NCBI GenBank assembly: GCA_044231405.1
Contig: JBIHZO010000001.1
Span: 1 to 34,553, forward strand
DNA: 34,553 nt
Reading direction: 5' to 3'
Origin: Cypionkella sp.
GTDB lineage: Bacteria; Pseudomonadota; Alphaproteobacteria; Rhodobacterales; Rhodobacteraceae
Positions 16,980-25,295 of this stretch are shown here, one piece after another (position 1 is the first letter of the stretch; the number at the start of each line of letters is the position of its first letter). Made by a program: the position numbers and the translations under genes. The notes under the pieces are model-generated. The model saw only the letters and a list, made by a program, of their open reading frames with translations, did no database searches and was not told where the DNA came from.

Positions 16980-17663
16980 TCAATACGGCACCTCAAACTG
17001 CGATTGCCCAAACGAGGCCAGCACCACCACTTTCGCGCCGTCCTGCACCCGGTCGTGCAGGTCGATCACGTCCTGATCCAACATGCGGATGCAGCCGGAC
17101 GACACCGCCTTGCCCAGATATTTCGGCTCGCAAGCGCCGTGGATGCGGTACAACGTGTCGGCGCCGTTCTGGAACAGGTAAAGCGCCCGTGCCCCCAACG
17201 GGTTGCCGGGACCGCCCGGCATGCCGCCATTGGCCACCGAATAAGGCGCAAGGTCCGGGCGGCGCGCAACCATGCTGTCGGGGGCCTTCCACACCGGCCA
17301 AGCCCGGCGGAACTGCAACCGCGCCGCCCCGTTCCACGCAAAGCCGTCCGCGCCAACGCTGACACCGTAGCGCAACGCGACGCCCGAAGCCGTCACCAGA
17401 TGCAGGAAGGCCGCGTCAGGATCGACAATCAAGGTGCCGATGGCCTCGGCGGGAAAGGGGTTCGCCACCTCTTGCCGCCACAAACGGGCATCGACCACGC
17501 CCTCCGGCACGGCGGGAACCGGGTGCGGTTCGGTCAGCATCGCCCCATAGCGGGCGGGCATCGGTGGGGACGGTGGCGGCTCGGCCACGGGTGGCGCGGA
17601 AGCCGCACAGGCGGACAGGCTTGCGGCAGAGGCCGCAGCCAGAAAGGCGCGTCGGGTCAACAT
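16980..17663 (-). CDS. L,D-transpeptidase (YkuD/ErfK family), Tat-exported lipoprotein
   Basis: TRRAFL twin-arginine motif, LSAC lipobox, GPGNPLGARALYL, YRIHG, catalytic SSGCIRM. Confidence 0.93.
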   Translation of the reverse strand: MLTRRAFLAAASAASLSACAASAPPVAEPPPSPPMPARYGAMLTEPHPVPAVPEGVVDARLWRQEVANPFPAEAIGTLIVDPDAAFLHLVTASGVALRYGVSVGADGFAWNGAARLQFRRAWPVWKAPDSMVARRPDLAPYSVANGGMPGGPGNPLGARALYLFQNGADTLYRIHGACEPKYLGKAVSSGCIRMLDQDVIDLHDRVQDGAKVVVLASFGQSQFEVPY

Positions 17664-17724
17664 GGGATATCCTTTGGGGATGAAGGGTCAGGATCGCAGG
17701 GTCAGCCCTGCGGGTGCTGCACGT

Positions 17725-18051
17725 TCAGCCCAGTCTGGGCGGTTCCAACAAAACCGGCGGCTGTTGCCCGCGCGGGGCCTGCCAAGTCGTGCGATGACGC
17801 GGAGCGATGGGCCGCACAAGACCAAGGCTGACAGCCGCAGGCAAGACGGCGTGAACCGGACTGCAGGACGTTCCCGGCAAAAACGGACCTTTGCACAGCT
17901 TGGGCATCGCCGCAAAGCTGTGTCGGGCGGCCACATCGCCTTGCACTGCGGTGCCGTGTTGCGCCAGACTGCCGAACTTGGGCACAAAACTGCCCCATGG
18001 CAGCAGCGCCAGGATCAAGGCCGCCACAATCAGAAGGTTGATTTTTTGCAT
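17725..18051 (-). CDS. Hypothetical protein; candidate leader/arrest peptide
   Basis: N-terminal hydrophobic segment, two Cys (LCKGPFLPGTSC), Pro/Arg-rich C-terminus ending LEPPRLG. Stop lies 61 nt before the L,D-transpeptidase start. Confidence 0.55.
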   Translation of the reverse strand: MQKINLLIVAALILALLPWGSFVPKFGSLAQHGTAVQGDVAARHSFAAMPKLCKGPFLPGTSCSPVHAVLPAAVSLGLVRPIAPRHRTTWQAPRGQQPPVLLEPPRLG

Positions 18052-18297
18052 CAACACAGCGTCGCATGCAGGGGCCAGACTGTCCAGCCACGCGCGGGCC
18101 TAGGGCGATCAGATGTTTTCACAGGGCCGTGATCCCCCGCACGCCGCACACCGCACGCATGTTTCTGCCGCAGTATTTGCCAGTTTGGGCAGTTTTTGCG
18201 CATTCGCCTTGCAATCCGCGCGGACCGGGTGGTTTGCCCACTCCCCATTGTCGCATTCCTGTCCTATAGGTGTGTCGAGCCATTTGAGAACAGACCC

Positions 18298-20541
18298 ATG
18301 CCCGAACGCACCGAAAGTGACAGCCGAAAGCTATTGCGCCGCCTGCGGGATGTGCTGGGCACCAAGGCCAAGGGGCAGGAACGGCTGGACCAGATCACCC
18401 ATCTGATTGCCGACAGCATGGGCACGGAAGTCTGCTCGATCTATCTGTTCCGCGATGCCGAAACGCTGGAGCTCTGTGCGACCGAAGGGCTCAAAAAGGC
18501 GGCCGTCCACAAGACCCGGATGAAACTGGGTGAAGGGCTGGTGGGCCGGGTTGCCCGTTTGGGGCAGCCGGTGAATGCCGCCGATGCGCCCTCTGAAAAA
18601 GGTTTTCGCTATATGCCGGAAACCGGGGAAGAGCTGTTCAGCAGCTTCCTTGGCGTGCCTATTCAACGGGTGGGCGAAAAGCTGGGCGTGTTGGTGGTGC
18701 AATCGAAAGCCGCGCGCAGTTTTTCCGAAGACGAGATTTACGCTCTGGACGTGGTGGCGATGGTGCTGGCCGAGATGACCGAACTGGGCGCCTTTGCCGG
18801 CGACGGTCCGGCCATGGGCGCGCTGCACAAGCGCCCGGTGATGATCCGGGGCAACACCGGACAGGAAGGCACCGCCGAGGGCCGGGTCTGGCTGCACGAA
18901 CCCCGCGTTGTGGTGACGAATCCGGTGGCCGATGATCCGCTGACCGAGATTGACCGCATCCGCGAGGCCGTGGGGGTTTTGCGGGTGTCGGTCGATGATC
19001 TGCTGGCCGCAGAAAGCCTGAACAACGATCAGAAACAGGTGCTGGAGGCGTACCGGATGTTCGCCCATTCGCGCGGCTGGTTGCGCCGGATGGAAGAGGA
19101 CATCGCACGCGGCCTGTCCGCCGAGGCAGCGGTGGAAAAGGAACAATCCGCCGCCCGCAACCGGCTGGAACAGGTGCCGGACGCCTATCTGCGCGAACGT
19201 CTGCACGATCTGGATGACCTCTCGAACCGCCTGCTGCGCATTCTGACCGGTCAGGGCAAGGACACGGGCGCGACCATGCCGGAAAACCCGGTGCTGGTGG
19301 CGCGCAACATCGGCCCGGCGGAACTGCTGGAATATGGCCGCAAACTCAAGGGCTTGGTGCTGGAGGAAGGTTCGGTCGGCAGCCATGCCGCGATTGTGGC
19401 GCGGGCGCTGGCGATCCCGATGGTGATCAATGCCGACCGCATCACAACCGAGGCGCTGAACGGTGATCCGATCCTTGTCGACGGCGATCAGGGTCTGGTG
19501 CATCTGCGCGCCGAGGAAACCATCGCGCGGTCCTTCCGTGACAAGATGGCGATGCAGGCGGCGGCGCAGCAACGCTATGCATCCTTGCGCGATCTGCCCG
19601 CCACGACCCGCGATGGGGTGAGGATTGGCCTGCAGATGAACGCCGGCCTGATGGCCGATCTGCCCAGCATGGAAGGCTCGGGGGCCGAGGGCGTCGGCCT
19701 GTTCCGCACCGAATTGCAATTTCTGGTCCGCAACAAGATGCCGCAACGGGCGGAACTTGCCACGCTTTACGCCCGCGTCCTCGAGGCCGCCAAGGGCCGC
19801 CCGGTCGCCTTCCGCACGCTCGACATCGGGTCGGACAAGGTGCTGCCCTACATGAAGCCCCAGGATGAACCCAACCCGGCGATGGGTTGGCGCGCGATCC
19901 GGGTGGGGCTGGACAAGCCCGGCGTGCTGCGGATGCAGGTGCAGGCGCTGATCCGCGCGTCCGATGGTCGCCCCCTGACCATCATGTTCCCCTTCATCAG
20001 CGAGCACGGCGAATTCATGGACGCCCGCAGCCATGTGCTGCGCGAACTGCACCGCGAAACCAGTCTGGGTCATAAGGTGCCCTCACGGGTGGAAATCGGC
20101 GCGATGCTGGAAACGCCCAGCCTGGCCTATGCGCCGGACGCGTTCTTTGAACTGGCCGATTTCATCTCGATCGGCGGCAATGATCTGAAACAGTTCTTCT
20201 TTGCGGCGGACCGCGAGAATGAACGCGTGCGCAAACGCTATGACACGCTGAACGCGTCGTTCCTGACCTTCCTGCAATTCATCGTGGCGCGCTGTGCGGC
20301 GTCCGGCACCAAGCTGTCATTCTGCGGCGAAGATGCGGGCCGCCCCATCGAGGCGCTGGCCTTCGCCGCCATCGGTCTGCGCAACCTGTCGATGCGCCCG
20401 GCCTCGATTGGCCCGGTCAAGGCGCTGCTGCGGTCGGTCGATCTGGCACAGGCCCGCGCCGTGATCGACGCCGCCCGCAGCAATGGCGCCGAAACCGTGC
20501 GCCCGGCGCTGATGGACTGGCTGGCCACGCAAGCGGTGTAG
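18298..20541 (+). CDS. ptsP: Phosphoenolpyruvate-protein phosphotransferase EI-Ntr (GAF + EI)
   Basis: N-terminal GAF (CSIYL, ATEGL), phospho-His motif GSHAAIVAR, GVGLFRTE, RTLDIGSDK, ETPS, SIGGNDL. Confidence 0.97.
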   Translation: MPERTESDSRKLLRRLRDVLGTKAKGQERLDQITHLIADSMGTEVCSIYLFRDAETLELCATEGLKKAAVHKTRMKLGEGLVGRVARLGQPVNAADAPSEKGFRYMPETGEELFSSFLGVPIQRVGEKLGVLVVQSKAARSFSEDEIYALDVVAMVLAEMTELGAFAGDGPAMGALHKRPVMIRGNTGQEGTAEGRVWLHEPRVVVTNPVADDPLTEIDRIREAVGVLRVSVDDLLAAESLNNDQKQVLEAYRMFAHSRGWLRRMEEDIARGLSAEAAVEKEQSAARNRLEQVPDAYLRERLHDLDDLSNRLLRILTGQGKDTGATMPENPVLVARNIGPAELLEYGRKLKGLVLEEGSVGSHAAIVARALAIPMVINADRITTEALNGDPILVDGDQGLVHLRAEETIARSFRDKMAMQAAAQQRYASLRDLPATTRDGVRIGLQMNAGLMADLPSMEGSGAEGVGLFRTELQFLVRNKMPQRAELATLYARVLEAAKGRPVAFRTLDIGSDKVLPYMKPQDEPNPAMGWRAIRVGLDKPGVLRMQVQALIRASDGRPLTIMFPFISEHGEFMDARSHVLRELHRETSLGHKVPSRVEIGAMLETPSLAYAPDAFFELADFISIGGNDLKQFFFAADRENERVRKRYDTLNASFLTFLQFIVARCAASGTKLSFCGEDAGRPIEALAFAAIGLRNLSMRPASIGPVKALLRSVDLAQARAVIDAARSNGAETVRPALMDWLATQAV

Positions 20542-20577
20542 GCGCCGCGTTTTACTCAGGCTCCACTCTTCCCCCGA

Positions 20578-21354
20578 TCAAGTCCAAGGCGACGTGGCAC
20601 CGGCCTTGCTGATCTTCGGCACCGCCACCGCGCGGGCAAAAGCCGCCACCACCACCTCGCCGCCCCGCGCTTCGGCCAACCGCATCAAAGCGAACCGGAT
20701 GCGCGCCATCTCGCGGAAATAGTTCAGATAGGCCGCGTTCAGCGCCGCCCCGGTCACCGCCCCCAGAATCGGCACCATCTGCGCCGCCAGCTTCTGCCCC
20801 AGCGCCGCAGCCAAGCGGGGGGCCACGGTGGCGATCAGCTTTTGCAGCGCCGGACCCGTCACCGTCAACCGCGCCGACAGAAAGGCCGAATTCACCCCAT
20901 CATCGCCCTGCACCGGGCTTCCCGCCGCGAACACCTCAAGGCACGCCGCGCGGATGCCGGGCTCGGTGGGGTCGTAACCCGCCAACCGTGCCTCACGCCG
21001 GATCGCATGCAAGATCACGGTGATCGTCACCGGCAATTCGGCCAGCGATGTGGCCAGCCCTCCAGCCCCGCCCGCAGCCCCGGTGGCCATTGCCGCCAGC
21101 GTTGACGCGGTACGGCCAAAGTCTTGCCGCCCACCAAGCCCCGCCAGCCCATGCGCCGCCGTCAGCGCGGCCACCGTCACACGGTCAATCTCGGTGCGCA
21201 CGCGCGGTGGCAACAGCGCAAGTTGTGCCTCTACCCCGCCACCCATTCGGTTGACCAGACTCATCACCGGGCCGTTGGCGCGGGCATAAGCGCGGGCCAG
21301 TTCCGCAATTTCGGAGTCAGGTTCGGGGCTGTGCAGGGTCAGAGCTTTGTCCAT
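20578..21354 (-). CDS. EcsC family protein
   Basis: ATGAAGGAGG...ELPVT and QKLAAQMVPILGAVTGAALNA motifs. Confidence 0.8.
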   Translation of the reverse strand: MDKALTLHSPEPDSEIAELARAYARANGPVMSLVNRMGGGVEAQLALLPPRVRTEIDRVTVAALTAAHGLAGLGGRQDFGRTASTLAAMATGAAGGAGGLATSLAELPVTITVILHAIRREARLAGYDPTEPGIRAACLEVFAAGSPVQGDDGVNSAFLSARLTVTGPALQKLIATVAPRLAAALGQKLAAQMVPILGAVTGAALNAAYLNYFREMARIRFALMRLAEARGGEVVVAAFARAVAVPKISKAGATSPWT

Positions 21355-21398
21355 CCAGACAATGTGGGGGCAACACGGCACCTGCGCAATAGCTCAGG

Positions 21399-21905
21399 TC
21401 AGGTCAGCGGCGGCGTCGCCCCTGACGCCTTGGTCACCAGACCCCTCACCCCGGCCCAGGCTCCCTTTTTCAACTCCAGTCCCAGAACACGGTCCGGGTT
21501 GGTCGGCGGTGGCATCTCTACCCCCGGCAGCACGGCAAAGCCAAAACGGCTGTAATAGGGCGCGTCGCCGACCAGCAGCACCCGCTCCCAACCCAGACGC
21601 CGCGCCTCGACCAGGGATTCGTTGATCAGCAACCCGCCCAAACCTTCGCCCTGCCGGGTCGGGTGCACCGCGACGGGACCCAGCAACAGCACATCCTCGC
21701 CACCCACTTCGGCGGGCCAATAGCGGATCGCGGCGGCCAAAGTGCCATCGTCATCGCGCAGGATCAGGCACAGCGCCGCCACCGTCGGCACCCCGTCGCG
21801 CAACCGGTAAGACGACAGTGCCGTGCGGCCGGGGGCAAAGCACAGGTCATACAGCGCCTCCACCTCCCACCAATCGTCTTCGGCCTCTTCTTCCAGTTTA
21901 TACAA
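21399..21905 (-). CDS. GNAT family N-acetyltransferase (YhbS-like)
   Basis: LLGPVAVHPTRQGEGLG acetyl-CoA motif and LVGDAPYYSRFGF. TTG start. Confidence 0.9.
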   Translation of the reverse strand: MYKLEEEAEDDWWEVEALYDLCFAPGRTALSSYRLRDGVPTVAALCLILRDDDGTLAAAIRYWPAEVGGEDVLLLGPVAVHPTRQGEGLGGLLINESLVEARRLGWERVLLVGDAPYYSRFGFAVLPGVEMPPPTNPDRVLGLELKKGAWAGVRGLVTKASGATPPLT

Positions 21906-22010
21906 CAGAACGCCCCATCAGAATCATCTGGAAACGCGGGTAACATGGCCCCCCGCCGGGATCAAACCCCAAGCGATCCCGGCAGGTTACGCGCAGCACC
22001 CCGGCAGGGG

Positions 22011-22559
22011 TCAAACCTGCGCCAGCGAGAAGTTCAGCATGAAATGGGCCTCATCCGGGCCACCGGGAAACGCCACCGGATCCGAGCCTGCAAAAGCGGA
22101 AATGGCATTGCCAATGTGGCCCAACACGCCCACACCGTTCAGCCCCGCCGCAGCCAGTGCCGGGTGAATGGCATGGGCCAGCACCAACATCTGACCGGAC
22201 TCGCCGCCATACAGCATCACCGAAGCAAAGCCGCTGTCAGACCAGATCCAGCCCGAATTGTGCGCAGCAACGGTCACACGCAACGAATACATCCGGGTCA
22301 GCGCCGCCGTCAGCTGAATGTCCAGATTGCGCTGATCCAGAAGGCCGACCTGCGCTTCCATGGCCTGCCGGGTGTAATCGGTGTCTGGCATCACCTCATC
22401 CGCGACCATCCCTTGCGCCACGGCAGCGGCACCTTCGGTGGCCCCGGTCGTCAGCCGCGCCATGCTGTCACGGATGTCATAAAGGTCGCCGACGGTGTAA
22501 ATCCGGGCTTGAGAATAGTGAAACCCGTTGTTTCCAGCGCAAAATAAGCTGTATGGCAC
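22011..22559 (-). CDS. Hypothetical protein (no recognised family)
   Basis: 182-aa ORF with a strong GAGGAGG RBS before the GTG start, followed by a hairpin at about 21956-21983. Confidence 0.7.
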   Translation of the reverse strand: MPYSLFCAGNNGFHYSQARIYTVGDLYDIRDSMARLTTGATEGAAAVAQGMVADEVMPDTDYTRQAMEAQVGLLDQRNLDIQLTAALTRMYSLRVTVAAHNSGWIWSDSGFASVMLYGGESGQMLVLAHAIHPALAAAGLNGVGVLGHIGNAISAFAGSDPVAFPGGPDEAHFMLNFSLAQV

Positions 22560-22931
22560 AATCAGCCCTCCTCAAATGCCATCAGCCTAGCACGGCCCCT
22601 GCCACCGGGCAACGCGGGCGACCCACAACTCGAACAGCGATTGCGCCCTGTGTCTTGGCGCGGTGTGCCGCCCCGCGATCATCGTTTTGCGGGCCGTCAC
22701 CCACCCGGGGCCAATGCGCAAAAGCCTGTCACGGCGTCCTGCAGGCCTGTCGCAACCAGCCAAGGCAACCCTTCTCCCTGCATGCAAACCTTAACAACTG
22801 ATGAATTTCATACACCCAAGCCATTGATACTGAACATATAAAGAACGGTCCCGAGTTGGGACCGCCGTAATTCCCCCCTTCCCCCGCAAGCCAAGGCGGC
22901 CTATCGTAGCCCCAGTCAAAAGGGGACAACC

Positions 22932-23813
22932 ATGCAAACCATGCCCACAACATCCATGATCGGCGTGATCGGAGGCTCGGGGGTCTATCAGATCGACGGG
23001 CTGGAGGGCGCAAGCTGGGTCAAGGTCAGATCCCCCTGGGGCAAGCCGTCGGATGAGGTGCTGGTGGGCCGCCTGAACGGCGTCGCCATGGCCTTTCTGC
23101 CCCGCCACGGACGCGGCCATGTTCAGACCCCGTCCAGCATCAACTACCGCGCCAATATTGACGCGCTCAAACGGCTGGGCTGCACTGATGTGGTGGCAGT
23201 GTCGGCGGTGGGGTCCTTGCGGGTCGACCACGCGCCGGGTGATTTCGTGATCGTGGACCAATTCATCGACCGCACCTTTGACCGCGAGAAGTCGTTCTTC
23301 GGGCCGGGCTGTGTTGCCCATGTTTCCGTCGCCCATCCCACCTGCCCGCGCCTGTCGGCGGCCTGCCTGACCGCCGCACAGGCGACCGGGGTGCGCGTTC
23401 ATCAGGGGGCCACCTATCTGGCGATGGAGGGGCCGCAGTTTTCGACGCTGGCCGAAAGCCGGATGTACCGCAGCTGGGGTGCCGATGTGATCGGCATGAC
23501 CGGGATGCCAGAGGCAAAACTGGCCCGCGAGGCAGAACTTTGCTACGCCTCGGTCGCGATGGTGACGGATTATGACTGCTGGCACGAAGGCCATGGTGCG
23601 GTGGACGTGTCACAAGTGATCGCCACCCTGACAGCCAACGCAGGCCACGCGCGCGCCCTGGTGGCGCATCTTCCCAAGCTGCTGGGCGCGGGTCGTGAGG
23701 CTTGCCCGGCAGGCTGCGACCACGCGCTGACCCATGCCATCATGACCGCCCCCGACCGCCGCGACCCCGAATTGCTGGCCAAACTGGACGCCGTGGCGGG
23801 GCGGGTTCTATGA
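22932..23813 (+). CDS. mtnP: S-methyl-5'-thioadenosine phosphorylase
   Basis: GVIGGSG, PRHGRGH, NYRANI, DQFIDRT, EGPQFSTLAES, GMTGMPEAKLAREAE, VTDYDCW. Confidence 0.96.
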   Translation: MQTMPTTSMIGVIGGSGVYQIDGLEGASWVKVRSPWGKPSDEVLVGRLNGVAMAFLPRHGRGHVQTPSSINYRANIDALKRLGCTDVVAVSAVGSLRVDHAPGDFVIVDQFIDRTFDREKSFFGPGCVAHVSVAHPTCPRLSAACLTAAQATGVRVHQGATYLAMEGPQFSTLAESRMYRSWGADVIGMTGMPEAKLAREAELCYASVAMVTDYDCWHEGHGAVDVSQVIATLTANAGHARALVAHLPKLLGAGREACPAGCDHALTHAIMTAPDRRDPELLAKLDAVAGRVL

Positions 23814-23872
23814 CGCATCTGAAAGGCACATCTGGCTGATGCCAGGCAAACGCTGGTTTGAAGGGTGAAGTG

Positions 23873-24532
23873 ATGAAGAGTGTTCTGGTTTGCGGATTTT
23901 GGGTGCTGGCGGGAGCGGCGCTGGCACAGTCGGACGGGATCGCGTCGGTAGGCGTGCTGTCGGATGATGAGCTGTATCGGTCGATGACCTGCGGCGCAGC
24001 ACCGGGTGCTGCGTGCACAGGGCCGATAGTGCGTTGGGGCAAATCAGAACTGACAGTGGCATTTGTCGACGAAACCACAGGCATGCCCGGCAAAACCGCC
24101 TTGATCCGGACGTCACTCGACCTTGCGATCGAAACGCTGAACCAAGCCGGGGCCAATCTGCACCTGACCCTTGCGGATGACACGCGCCCCGCCGATATCA
24201 CCCTGCATCACCTTGATATGGCAGAGGGCGACGTCACCCAAAACACCCCCGGCTTTCCCGATGGGCTGACGATTGGCACTGGCCATATGTGGCTGTCCTG
24301 GGATGATGCGCTGCATATTCAGGCCGCAAGCATCCTGATCACCTCGCAGATTGAGGCGGAGCAGGCCCGGTCGGTGGTGCTGGAGGAGTTGACGCAATCT
24401 TTGGGATTCCTGTTCGACATCGAGAACCCTTATTATGAAGGCGTGTCGATCCTGTCGCAGGACAGCAATGAAACCATTTCCATTGCCGGGCAAGATCGTG
24501 CCATGTTGCGGATGCACTATCCTTTTGAATGA
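23873..24532 (+). CDS. DUF2927-like exported protein
   Basis: Signal peptide, [16 protein letters not shown]...[20 protein letters not shown]. Confidence 0.75.
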   Translation: MKSVLVCGFWVLAGAALAQSDGIASVGVLSDDELYRSMTCGAAPGAACTGPIVRWGKSELTVAFVDETTGMPGKTALIRTSLDLAIETLNQAGANLHLTLADDTRPADITLHHLDMAEGDVTQNTPGFPDGLTIGTGHMWLSWDDALHIQAASILITSQIEAEQARSVVLEELTQSLGFLFDIENPYYEGVSILSQDSNETISIAGQDRAMLRMHYPFE

Positions 24533-24542
24533 CTTGGGCATC

Positions 24543-25076
24543 ATGGCAAAAACCGTCAAGGACTATATCCGCACCATCGTCGACTTCCCGCATGAGGGGA
24601 TTTTGTTCCGCGACGTGACCACGCTGTTCGCTGATCCGCGCGGGTTTCGGATGGCGATTGACCAGTTGTTGCAGCCCTATGCCGGGCTGCGCATCGACAA
24701 GGTGGCGGGGCTGGAGGCGCGGGGGTTCATTCTGGGCGGAGCGGTGGCGCATCAGCTTTCGACCGGATTCGTGCCGATCCGCAAAAAGGGCAAGCTGCCG
24801 GGCCAGACCATTTCACAGGCCTACAAGTTGGAATACGGCGAGGCGGTGGTCGAGGTGCATGACGACGCCGTGCAGCCCGGTGAGCGGGTTTTGCTGGTCG
24901 ATGATCTGCTGGCCACAGGTGGCACCGCCGAGGCGGGCATCAAGTTGATCGAACGGTTGGGCGCAGAGGTGGTGGGGCTGGCCGTGGTGGTCGATCTGCC
25001 GGAACTGGGCGGACGCAAGAAGATCGAGGCCATGGGCATAACGGTGCATGCTTTAAGCGAATTTGAGGGACTTTAA
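24543..25076 (+). CDS. apt: Adenine phosphoribosyltransferase
   Basis: [31 protein letters not shown] motif [10 protein letters not shown]. Confidence 0.98.
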   Translation: MAKTVKDYIRTIVDFPHEGILFRDVTTLFADPRGFRMAIDQLLQPYAGLRIDKVAGLEARGFILGGAVAHQLSTGFVPIRKKGKLPGQTISQAYKLEYGEAVVEVHDDAVQPGERVLLVDDLLATGGTAEAGIKLIERLGAEVVGLAVVVDLPELGGRKKIEAMGITVHALSEFEGL

Positions 25077-25109
25077 CGGTTTGTTCAGGGAATCACCCTA
25101 AAGCTGGTC

Positions 25110-25205
25110 GTGTCGGGGCTACCCACCCTGACATGTCGCTGCTTGCAACACGTGACACCACCCAACCCCAGCGCCCTGTCGGTTCTCCGGCAGGGCGTAA
25201 CTTTT
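25110..25205 (+). ncRNA. Candidate small regulatory RNA (unassigned)
   Basis: Two stem-loops, a C-rich linker, then a 12-bp terminator-like stem (GCGCCCTGTCGG-TTCT-CCGGCAGGGCGT) followed by AACTTTT. Confidence 0.5.
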
Positions 25206-25229
25206 GGGCGCGGAGTGCTGAATTGACGT

Positions 25230-25280
25230 CGGGGGTTTCACACCCCCGAACCCCCGTGGGGTATTTTCAGACAGATGAAA
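25230..25280 (+). repeat. Intergenic palindromic repeat, copy 3
   Basis: Identical to 5523-5573. Confidence 0.92.
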
Positions 25281-25295
25281 AATTTGAGGCAAGTC

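Noticed and set aside
18331-20073. Long antisense ORFs opposite ptsP (likewise 29177-31039 opposite thrC/surf1, and others)
   Set aside because: No motifs, and explained by codon bias on the coding strand.
22726-22805. Possible Pho half-sites (CTGTCAC, CTGTCGC) and a CtrA-like TTAA-N7-TGAA upstream of mtnP/ORFan
   Set aside because: The half-sites are 21 bp apart with no good middle repeat, and the single degenerate CtrA match is too weak.
1871-25280. Repeats as a CRISPR array or IS ends
   Set aside because: The copies are isolated and kilobases apart, with no spacers, cas genes or transposase in the window.
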